A stretch of DNA of 64,000 bases from a virus (Duplodnaviria; Caudoviricetes): the IMG/VR virus record IMGVR_UViG_3300021431_000084; one strand, written 5' to 3'. Each line of letters opens with the position of its first letter. The first letter of the stretch is position 1. This document shows, piece after piece, positions 29,853 to 36,997 of this stretch. Position numbers and translations under genes: made by a program. The notes below the pieces were generated by a model. That model did not search any database, was not told the DNA's origin, and saw only the letters and a list, made by a program, of their open reading frames with translations.

Positions 29853-32774
29853 TTATGCAAGAGTTATAATTTGTTGTTCATACATAATTTGAATTGAGCA
29901 AGGGGTATTATTTAAGTTAGATGGCGCATTAACATTTGCCTGAACAAATAAACCCATCCCGTTTGAACTCACGCTGTATGAATTAGATATCGTTGAAAAC
30001 TTCGCATTATCAATAAGATAAGAACCATCTATCATTCTGATTGTCATCTTTACATCATTTAGAGATATATTCCTTATTCCCGTTTCATTAAAGGGTTTGT
30101 TAAGTGGAATATAAAATCTCAAACTTTTAGCACTTGAAGTAATGTAGCCTGCCGAGACAATTCCAGCTATTAACACATTGTCTCCAACATGATACATAGA
30201 ATTAGATAGTAATTCCGCTATCTGCCCATTTGCATCAGCAATCCCTTCATCTATTGTTCTTGTATCTGTACTCGATACTTGTATATCTTCTCCTGTCGTC
30301 TCTGCATTGGTCTGAATGTAAATAGTGCCGTTATTCTTCTCGGCTGTTGTTAGTGCTTCGTACTGTGCTGTCGTCAATTCTTTGACGGGATGATACTCTT
30401 CATCGAGGCAATACATTTTCGCATTATCGGTTATCTTATAAATCGAACCATTCATCTTCTCAACCGATGTGAGAAGGTCATATTCAGCTTGTGTTTTTTG
30501 GATTACTATTTTACTAAGTGCTTGTGTTACTGACTGATTACCATTGATTGTCAAATCGCCAGCGAGTACCTCATTACCTTGCCAGTCAAGTGTACGAGCG
30601 TTGGAAAGATTCTTACCATCAATACCATTACCGACTATTTCTACATATGTACCCTTTTCAGTAGCAGGATTAGTAGATTCGTCTAATATATTACATGTAC
30701 CAAATACATGCTGAGCATAGTGAGTGGCAGTTGTATTGTACCCTTCAGCATGAGATAAATCACCACTTGCGGTTGTATAATTTCCTTCAGCATGTGAATT
30801 ACTACCAGAAGCAGTTGTACTTTGTCCTTCAGCATGAGAACTAATACCAGTTGCATGCGTACCATAACCTTCTGCGTGAGCATAATTTTTAGTAGCTGTG
30901 GTAGCTGCACCCTCTGCATGAGAATCAGTCCCGGAGGCAGTTGTATTAGATCCTTCAGCATGAGAAGATTCACCAGAAGCAGTGGTATAAATGCCTTCAG
31001 CATGAGAATTAACCTGAAAGGCTTTGGTATAATATCCTTCTGCATGGGCTCTTTGATAAGTAGCCTGTGAATAATAACCTTCTGAATGAGAATAATCTCC
31101 AGAAGCAGTGGTACCAACACCTTCTGCATGAGAACAAACACCAGAAGCAGTAGTATTATAACCTTCAGCATGAGCATTTTCCGCGTTAGCTTGAGAACTA
31201 CTACCTTCTGCATGAGAGTAGTTGCCTAAAGCAATGGTATTAGCCCCTTCCGCATGAGAACCTTGACCAGAAGCTTTGGTATAATATCCTTCTGCATGGG
31301 AGCTTTGACCAGAGGCAGTAGAATTTTGACCTTCAGAGTGTGCAGCAGTTTGTGTTGTTGTAGTGTAACTTCCTTCTGCATGACTATATTGTCCTTTTGC
31401 AGTTGAATTTCCTTCAGAGTGAGAATATGTCCCTTCTGCTTTACTATAATTTTCAGCGTGAGAGGATCCTCCTAATGCTTGAGAACTACTACCTTCTGCA
31501 TGAGAGTAGTCACCCACTGCCACAGTACGATAGCCTTCTGCGTGAGAACCCTGGCCAGGAGCATTAGTTTCACAACCTTCTGCATGAGCATAAGGTTTAG
31601 AAGCAGTTCCCTTACCCTCTGCATGGGAATAGTCACCAGCAGCTACTGAACTATTACCTTCAGCATGAGAAGAATCACCATAAGCAGTGGTACCACTACC
31701 TTCTGCGTGAGAATTGGCCCCAATAGCTTTAGTGCTATAACCTTCTGCATGTGCATAAGAACTAGAAGCTGTGGTGCTATTACCTTCTGCATGAGAACCA
31801 GTAGCAGAAGCTGTAGTACCGCCACCTTCTGCATGAGAGTAATAGCCAGAAGCCTCATTACCTTCACCCTCAGCTACAGAATTAAGACCAATAGCTGTAC
31901 CGGCTTTTCTATTCAAGCTCAAACTACCACTACCTGTAGGATTAATTTTATCCATCTTATTATTAACATTAGTAAAAATATCAGACAAAGAAACTTCCTG
32001 CCATTTGGTTGGGTCAAATTCCTCTCCGGGGTCAGGTATTGCAGTAATATTTATATAATACTTATCATTATGAATAGTCAAATCTCCTACACTATAAGAA
32101 GAACTATTATCATATTCATCAGCAAATTCAGTTTTATCTACTTTCTTTTCTGATTCTTGTGCAATTTTAGTACTTGACCAAGTTGAATTAAGATTTGTTT
32201 CGTCATCATCAATTTCTACTCCAGCCGTACCAACTCCCTTAATCCAAACACGCGCCATTACTGGCATATCATTTTCTTGTTCAGGGAAAGTATAAGTAAC
32301 ACTTCCATCTGTTACTTCTCTGGATATATATTCAACTCCATCAAAAGCATCATCTACATAATCTTCAATGACAGAATTAGCTGTAATATAATCACTTGTT
32401 AAAGTGACAGTGGTTTCACCGGCCGTTAATATACCTTGTAATTCAGCATATATGTCTTTTCCGGTACCATTTTTCCACATACCAGATTCTACATCATATA
32501 CAAGATATTCTCCATCTTTGAGTTGACTAAGATTTACGTCAGTAAGTCCACTTAAGGCTGAAGCTCCACCAGAGCCACCACCAGTAATTATCTCGACCCA
32601 TTGACCTTTACTATTATACATATAGGTCTTTTTAGAATCAATAACATATACTGTACTACCCGGGGCGATTGCTTCTCCATTGTCTTCAAATGGAATATCA
32701 TCTAAGGTATCGCACAAATAATGTTTAATACCATAACTTATTTTTCCACTATTAGCAATTATAAATAAAGCCAT
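29853..32774 (-). CDS. Large tail fiber/adhesin with YadA-like SHAEG head repeats
   Basis: More than 20 tandem 13-14 aa ..A.G..SHAEG repeats; two (K/L)T.A.Y..L..EK.NG.IY motifs. Confidence 0.85.
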   Translation of the reverse strand: MALFIIANSGKISYGIKHYLCDTLDDIPFEDNGEAIAPGSTVYVIDSKKTYMYNSKGQWVEIITGGGSGGASALSGLTDVNLSQLKDGEYLVYDVESGMWKNGTGKDIYAELQGILTAGETTVTLTSDYITANSVIEDYVDDAFDGVEYISREVTDGSVTYTFPEQENDMPVMARVWIKGVGTAGVEIDDDETNLNSTWSSTKIAQESEKKVDKTEFADEYDNSSSYSVGDLTIHNDKYYINITAIPDPGEEFDPTKWQEVSLSDIFTNVNNKMDKINPTGSGSLSLNRKAGTAIGLNSVAEGEGNEASGYYSHAEGGGTTASATGSHAEGNSTTASSSYAHAEGYSTKAIGANSHAEGSGTTAYGDSSHAEGNSSVAAGDYSHAEGKGTASKPYAHAEGCETNAPGQGSHAEGYRTVAVGDYSHAEGSSSQALGGSSHAENYSKAEGTYSHSEGNSTAKGQYSHAEGSYTTTTQTAAHSEGQNSTASGQSSHAEGYYTKASGQGSHAEGANTIALGNYSHAEGSSSQANAENAHAEGYNTTASGVCSHAEGVGTTASGDYSHSEGYYSQATYQRAHAEGYYTKAFQVNSHAEGIYTTASGESSHAEGSNTTASGTDSHAEGAATTATKNYAHAEGYGTHATGISSHAEGQSTTASGSNSHAEGNYTTASGDLSHAEGYNTTATHYAQHVFGTCNILDESTNPATEKGTYVEIVGNGIDGKNLSNARTLDWQGNEVLAGDLTINGNQSVTQALSKIVIQKTQAEYDLLTSVEKMNGSIYKITDNAKMYCLDEEYHPVKELTTAQYEALTTAEKNNGTIYIQTNAETTGEDIQVSSTDTRTIDEGIADANGQIAELLSNSMYHVGDNVLIAGIVSAGYITSSAKSLRFYIPLNKPFNETGIRNISLNDVKMTIRMIDGSYLIDNAKFSTISNSYSVSSNGMGLFVQANVNAPSNLNNTPCSIQIMYEQQIITLA

Positions 32775-32809
32775 TTGTTTACCTCCTTTTATTTTTATTC
32801 TCTAATTTA

Positions 32810-32850
32810 ATATGAAAATTATATTTTTGTTTCTATTTTATTTCGCCCAA
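32810..32850 (-). promoter_or_regulatory. Candidate late promoter TTGGGCGA-N25-TTTCA
   Basis: Heads the tail/adhesin operon, which has no TTGACA/TATAAT promoter and is preceded by a terminator (32853-32890). Confidence 0.55.
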
Positions 32851-32906
32851 CGAAAAAAGGTGGGATTGATTAAACAATCCCACCCAAAAAATTTTTTTAT
32901 TTAAAT

Positions 32907-33374
32907 TTAAAAATATCTTTCTAATGTTTCTTCTGGTATTTTCAAAACCTCACCAGTTTTCTTATCTCTTCTCTCCATACTTAAAATTTTATCTGTTCCA
33001 TCTTCATCTTTTCCTATTAGGAATAAATGATTATATTTATTATTAAGAATAGTATTATTTATTATACATTTACCTTTTGTAATAAAATTATGATTAGTAA
33101 AAAACCATTGTCCCCTATCATACCAAACCAACTGTACATCAAACAAATCCCACATTGGATCAGAATAACCCCAACATACCGGTCGCAAAGTATTAATATC
33201 AATTACCATATCGCTTGCTTCTTCAACAAGAGGGATATTATAATCACTTTCTTGAGTTCTTGAGAATTTTACATATTTACCATTTCTAATAATATGAAGA
33301 TTATAAGGTGCCTGTCTTAAAGTTTCAAACCAATCAATATCACTTCTCATAAAATTAGCAATTAATGATTCCAT
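32907..33374 (-). CDS. Degenerate T4 Rnl1-like RNA ligase N-terminal homolog
   Basis: W...L...PYNL.I...G.YV.F...Q.SD...P.V.EA...ID..T.RPVC resembles Rnl1-family N-termini; no KxDG motif visible. Confidence 0.4.
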   Translation of the reverse strand: MESLIANFMRSDIDWFETLRQAPYNLHIIRNGKYVKFSRTQESDYNIPLVEEASDMVIDINTLRPVCWGYSDPMWDLFDVQLVWYDRGQWFFTNHNFITKGKCIINNTILNNKYNHLFLIGKDEDGTDKILSMERRDKKTGEVLKIPEETLERYF

Positions 33375-33566
33375 ACTTTTTACTCCTTTTCTATCATCTA
33401 TATATATTATATCATAAAATTGAAACGTTGTCCATAGAAATTTTTTATTTTCACTATATTTGCTCTCAAAATTTTGAAGAGCAGTTTTTGTTCAGGACAC
33501 GGTTCTTCGTTTGGGTGCGGTGCAAGCAAAACAAAATAAAAAAAAGGGAAGATATTACATCTTCCC

Positions 33567-33782
33567 TTAATTTATCTTCTTAACCAAATATGTCGACCAA
33601 GAGCCAAAGTCAGAATAGGTTTCAGAAGGATCTGTTTCACTTATCCAACTTCGCCAATACTTTGATACTGTTTTAAACTTTTTTTGAATTGCTTCTTGTG
33701 CGGCCTTGTAGGCGTCCTTCTCAGTGTTGTAGTCCCCGAGATGCTCACGGCGGCCCGCACGCTCAAAATATATCGATATCAT
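33567..33782 (-). CDS. Hypothetical protein (DFGSWS family)
   Basis: Start reset to MISIYFE after an AGGAG RBS; the longer ORF-track version overlaps the ncRNA. Confidence 0.6.
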   Translation of the reverse strand: MISIYFERAGRREHLGDYNTEKDAYKAAQEAIQKKFKTVSKYWRSWISETDPSETYSDFGSWSTYLVKKIN

Positions 33783-33825
33783 ACTTATTCTCCTTTTGGT
33801 CAAAAAGTTCCCCAATGCGGTTTTA

Positions 33826-33979
33826 ATCTTGAAGATAAGGATTTGCACCTTATATAGCAATACTATTTCAACTATGGATTCGTGTTGTCGTTTCACCAAC
33901 ATCGGTTTAGTTTCCTGTCTTTTCGACAATCAATAATTGCCTTACCTTTAAGCGTCTACATATTCCGCCACTTCAAGAT
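33826..33979 (-). ncRNA. Anticodon-less tRNA-like RNA, copy B
   Basis: ATCTTGAAG/CTTCAAGAT terminal stem, GTGGCGGAATATGTAGACGC, ATAAGG-TGCAAAT-CCTTAT. Confidence 0.7.
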
Positions 33980-33982
33980 ATT

Positions 33983-34059
33983 TGGGTGGATAGACTGGAC
34001 TTGAACCAGCAACTACCGGTTCCACAGACCGGGGTTCTACCTATTGAACTACTAACCAC
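33983..34059 (-). tRNA. tRNA-His(GTG)
   Basis: Cloverleaf, CTGTGGA loop, G-1, CCA. Confidence 0.9.
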
Positions 34060-34064
34060 ATATT

Positions 34065-34276
34065 TAGATACAGTATAACTCGGCGCGGTTTACCACACCA
34101 CAAAAGTTAAGGTTAGCAAAATACTTTGCCCATATAGAACTGGCAATTGAATTACGACACGATACATTCAGGATCAGACTCAGACACTTCCGTGCGCTTT
34201 AGCCAAATGTACGATTCAACTCTATACGAAAATCGTTCGCCTCGGTTACCAGCCATTAAACGCCATACTGTATCTA
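34065..34276 (-). ncRNA. Candidate ~210-nt structured RNA
   Basis: Perfect 12-bp closing helix TAGATACAGTAT/ATACTGTATCTA, between RNA genes. Confidence 0.5.
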
Positions 34277-34317
34277 CTGGTGACAAGTTTTTGAAAAGAT
34301 ACCTGACAAACTTTATA

Positions 34318-34464
34318 GTCTTGAGGGTAAGAATTTGCATCTTACATAATACACTTTCAGCATTGGTTTTCATCACTTGCATACGGTAAGTCAATGTTAT
34401 GCCCACAGGACGTTGTGTATCTTCCCATCTTCATCAGCGTTTACCTATTCCGCCACCTCAAAAT
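34318..34464 (-). ncRNA. Anticodon-less tRNA-like RNA, copy C
   Basis: TTTGAGG/CCTCAAG stem, GTGGCGGAATAGGTAAACGC, GTAAGA-TGCAAAT-TCTTAC. Confidence 0.7.
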
Positions 34465-34467
34465 ATT

Positions 34468-34559
34468 TGGCGATGGTACTCAGACTCGAACTGAGACGTC
34501 GCTTACACGACTACTCATGGTTTAGCAAACCACTGCCTTACCATTAGGCTTATACCATC
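34468..34559 (-). tRNA. tRNA-Ser(GCT)
   Basis: TTGCTAA loop, long variable arm, G73, CCA. Confidence 0.9.
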
Positions 34560-34678
34560 ATTAATGACAGCGACTGCACCTTGTACTTCGGCATCGAAAC
34601 TGTTAAATGGTATCGGTGTCGTAACCCCGTCTCCATCAAACCCTTCCGGTTTTCTGCACTCTTTAATTCTCACTTCCT

Positions 34679-34755
34679 TGGCAGCCGCGAAAGGAATCGA
34701 ACCTTTATCTTCTGGTTCAGAGCCAGATATACTGAGCCTTTATACGACACGGCCA
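34679..34755 (-). tRNA. tRNA-Gln(CTG)
   Basis: CTCTGAA loop, CCA. Confidence 0.88.
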
Positions 34756-34778
34756 TTTTAGAAAGAGCAAAGCCCTTT

Positions 34779-35270
34779 CTACTTACTATACTTATTAGCA
34801 ATACCACTTGCGGTATAACTATAAGGCTTAATCAAACAAGTGTAACCGCAAGCAGTTACCCACTTTGTGATTTCATTTATTAACATAGAAGTCTTTCCAT
34901 CTTGTCCAATATCACAATGAATTTGGAAAGTTAAGTCGAGATTATTTATATCAATATCGTATTCATATAAAGCCAACTCTAACTTGTCAACCAAGCCATT
35001 AGCAATCTCAAGACTTCTTGATGTTTCGGTACTGATTTTTTGCTTCAAATTAGAAATTTTACGCATATATTCTATATTATAGAAATATATACCACCATGA
35101 CCTAATCTGTGTACCGCTATAACCTCAACCATTTTTGTTTGTCTGTGGTTTTGGCTATCAGTACCAACAGTGAACTCATAAGTTGCATTAGGTTGGTCAG
35201 CGATGTACTTAGCTATCTTGTTAATAATCTGATCTTCAGTCATTTCTTGACCAGAAGCTGACCTAAACAT
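34779..35270 (-). CDS. RNase H-like YkuK/DUF458 family protein
   Basis: VGTDSQ, HR.G.GG.YFY, IH.DIG..G.T, IKP.S..AS..A.K. Confidence 0.85.
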   Translation of the reverse strand: MFRSASGQEMTEDQIINKIAKYIADQPNATYEFTVGTDSQNHRQTKMVEVIAVHRLGHGGIYFYNIEYMRKISNLKQKISTETSRSLEIANGLVDKLELALYEYDIDINNLDLTFQIHCDIGQDGKTSMLINEITKWVTACGYTCLIKPYSYTASGIANKYSK

Positions 35271-35298
35271 GACAACTTATCTCCTTTCGTTTTTGTTT

Positions 35299-35375
35299 TG
35301 GCACACCGGGAGGGATTTGAACCCATTCATCGTGCGGTTTTGGAGACCGCTGTTTTACCGTTAAACTACCAGTGC
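35299..35375 (-). tRNA. tRNA-Trp(CCA)
   Basis: CTCCAAA loop, CCA end. Confidence 0.88.
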
Positions 35376-35381
35376 ATATTT

Positions 35382-35457
35382 TGGTTGGAAGTGTGAGAGT
35401 CGAACTCACCGCAACCGCTTTATAAGAACGGCCCCATAACCGCTTGGGTAACTTCCA
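35382..35457 (-). tRNA. tRNA-Ile(TAT)
   Basis: CCGTT-CTTATAA-AGCGG anticodon arm, A73, CCA. Confidence 0.85.
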
Positions 35458-35466
35458 GTAAATAAA

Positions 35467-35577
35467 TGGTGCACGAGGTAGGACTCGAACCTACACACTA
35501 CCCATAGTATCTAACATATACCGCGAATCTAATATTAGACTTGTGGGTTAGCCGTCTTCCTGTTGCGGCACTCGTCC
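35467..35577 (-). tRNA. Leu-type tRNA body with expanded/interrupted anticodon arm
   Basis: Acceptor (one mismatch), D-arm, long variable arm, T-arm and ACCA present; the anticodon loop is replaced by about 31 nt containing a hairpin. Confidence 0.65.
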
Positions 35578-35583
35578 ATAAAA

Positions 35584-35668
35584 TGGTGGGCAGGGTGAGT
35601 GTCGATCTCACTATTCCCGAAGGAGTCGGATTTACAGTCCGATGCAGTTGCCGATTTGCTACCTACCC
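35584..35668 (-). tRNA. tRNA-Tyr(GTA)
   Basis: CTGTAAA loop, variable arm, CCA. Confidence 0.9.
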
Positions 35669-35672
35669 GTAT

Positions 35673-35746
35673 TGGAGTCGCATACGAGATTTGAACTCGT
35701 ACTGTCAGTTTGGAAGACTGAAGTGCTACCATTACACCAATACGAC
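35673..35746 (-). tRNA. tRNA-Gly(TCC)
   Basis: CTTCCAA loop, U73, CCA. Confidence 0.9.
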
Positions 35747-35935
35747 TTATAATAATAAAATTAACTTAATCCTTTTGTGCGGTCAGGTCTACGATTGGTA
35801 TCCGCACTTTTTGCTACCTGAATCCTGTTATTGTTTGTCGAACCATTTTTTACAACCTTGCGCCGCAAGGCGGACTCTCTCTCACTTCAATCCGGAACTG
35901 TACATGTCAAGTGAGAGTGACATTGTTAATTTTAA

Positions 35936-36009
35936 TGGTAGCTTCACCGAGATTCGAACTCGAATAGACAATCTTATGAGAATTGTTTGGGAACCAAACC
36001 CATGAAGCC
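35936..36009 (-). tRNA. tRNA-CAT (elongator Met or Ile2), short D-arm
   Basis: CTCATAA loop, GGCTTCA/TGAAGCT acceptor, CCA. Confidence 0.78.
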
Positions 36010-36102
36010 ATATCTCTTATTTTCTATATATATATTATAACATAAAAAATTAGAGTTGTCAAGGAAAATTTAAAGGGCCAACACTAATTGCGCGGCCCCC
36101 GT

Positions 36103-36177
36103 TGGAGTGAGTAACGGGATTTGGACCCGTGTCCCTGCCTTGGCAAGGCAGAATAATAACCACTATACGATACCCAC
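36103..36177 (-). tRNA. tRNA-Gly(GCC)
   Basis: TTGCCAA loop, U73, CCA. Confidence 0.88.
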
Positions 36178-36184
36178 ATTTATT

Positions 36185-36262
36185 TGGTGCTCGCACAAGG
36201 ATTCGAACCTTGGACCCCTTGCTTGTAAGGCAAATGCTCTCGACCAGCTGAGCTATGCGAGC
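36185..36262 (-). tRNA. tRNA-Val(TAC)
   Basis: CTTACAA loop, CCA. Confidence 0.92.
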
Positions 36263-36268
36263 ATGTAA

Positions 36269-36364
36269 ATGACGCTTTAAAGCCTCCCATAGGCGATTAC
36301 AAATTAAATGGCTTGTAATATAAGAATCGAACTTATTGTTAATTTGATTTGCTGTAAGCGTCAT
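36269..36364 (-). ncRNA. CAGCAA-stem RNA E1: Y-RNA-like, circularly permuted tRNA module
   Basis: ATGACGCTT/AAGCGTCAT stem, ACAGCAA, T-arm, ATTACAA-G-CCA, linker, TTGTAAT, D-like hairpin. Confidence 0.75.
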
Positions 36365-36376
36365 AAAAGAAGTTAA

Positions 36377-36473
36377 ATGACCCGAAGTGCTACGGGATTC
36401 GAACCCGCAATGTTTGATTAGCAGTCAAATTGTTTACCATAAACGAGCGTTTTGATTTGCTGATAAGGGTCAC
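36377..36473 (-). ncRNA. CAGCAA-stem RNA E2 enclosing Ser(GCT)-like D/anticodon/T arms
   Basis: GTGACCC/GGGTCAT stem, TCAGCAA, TTTGA-CTGCTAA-TCAAA, GCGGG-TTCGAAT-CCCGT; no CCA. Confidence 0.7.
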
Positions 36474-36749
36474 AAAAAAATAAATTGGGGGAGAGGGAAG
36501 ATAGGCGTTCCCCAACGCAATAGTTCCCTCAGGTGGGCTCTTTTTTACCCGCATCACCCAAGTCCGGAGCGGTACATTGACGGCTGTCCGCAAGCCTCTG
36601 GTGGGGATTTTGAAGTATCCCTAAACTTTAGAATGAGAGAAGTTAAGTTCAAATTTGATATTACGATACTGCCCCGCACCTTTTGGATAGTACTCTCCAA
36701 ATGTTCTTCTCTATTAAACTATCACAAATTTGATACTTAAAGTCCTCGT

Positions 36750-36829
36750 TGGTGGAGGATACGGGCACCGACCCCGTCTGAATTTTCTGCTTGCAAGGCA
36801 GACGACCACTCCGAGCAGTCCCATCCCCC
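36750..36829 (-). tRNA. tRNA-Ala(TGC)
   Basis: G3:U70, CTTGCAA loop, atypical T-loop, CCA. Confidence 0.85.
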
Positions 36830-36836
36830 ATAATGA

Positions 36837-36895
36837 ATGACGCACATAAAAAGAGATTTCAGGTCTTTTTGTTTTTGCTTTGCTGTTGGCGTCAT
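36837..36895 (-). ncRNA. CAGCAA-stem RNA E3 (minimal)
   Basis: ATGACGC/GCGTCAT stem, ACAGCAA, one internal hairpin. Confidence 0.65.
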
Positions 36896-36913
36896 ATAAA
36901 CTAAGTAAAAGTA

Positions 36914-36989
36914 TGGTGGGCCATAGAGGACTTGAACCTCCAACCTTCAGATTAAGAATCTGCTATTCTACCGATTGAATTAATGACCC
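36914..36989 (-). tRNA. tRNA-Lys(CTT)
   Basis: TTCTTAA loop, CCA. Confidence 0.9.
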
Positions 36990-36997
36990 ATATAAAA

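Noticed and set aside
21760-32774. Diversity-generating retroelement or invertase shufflon in the tail module
   Set aside because: No reverse transcriptase or recombinase in the window, no adenine-specific TR/VR pair noticed, and all cassettes are in the same orientation.
36603-36625. tRNA-Sec or opal suppressor (CTTCAAA loop)
   Set aside because: No surrounding acceptor, D or T arms; it is part of a longer end-pairing helix.
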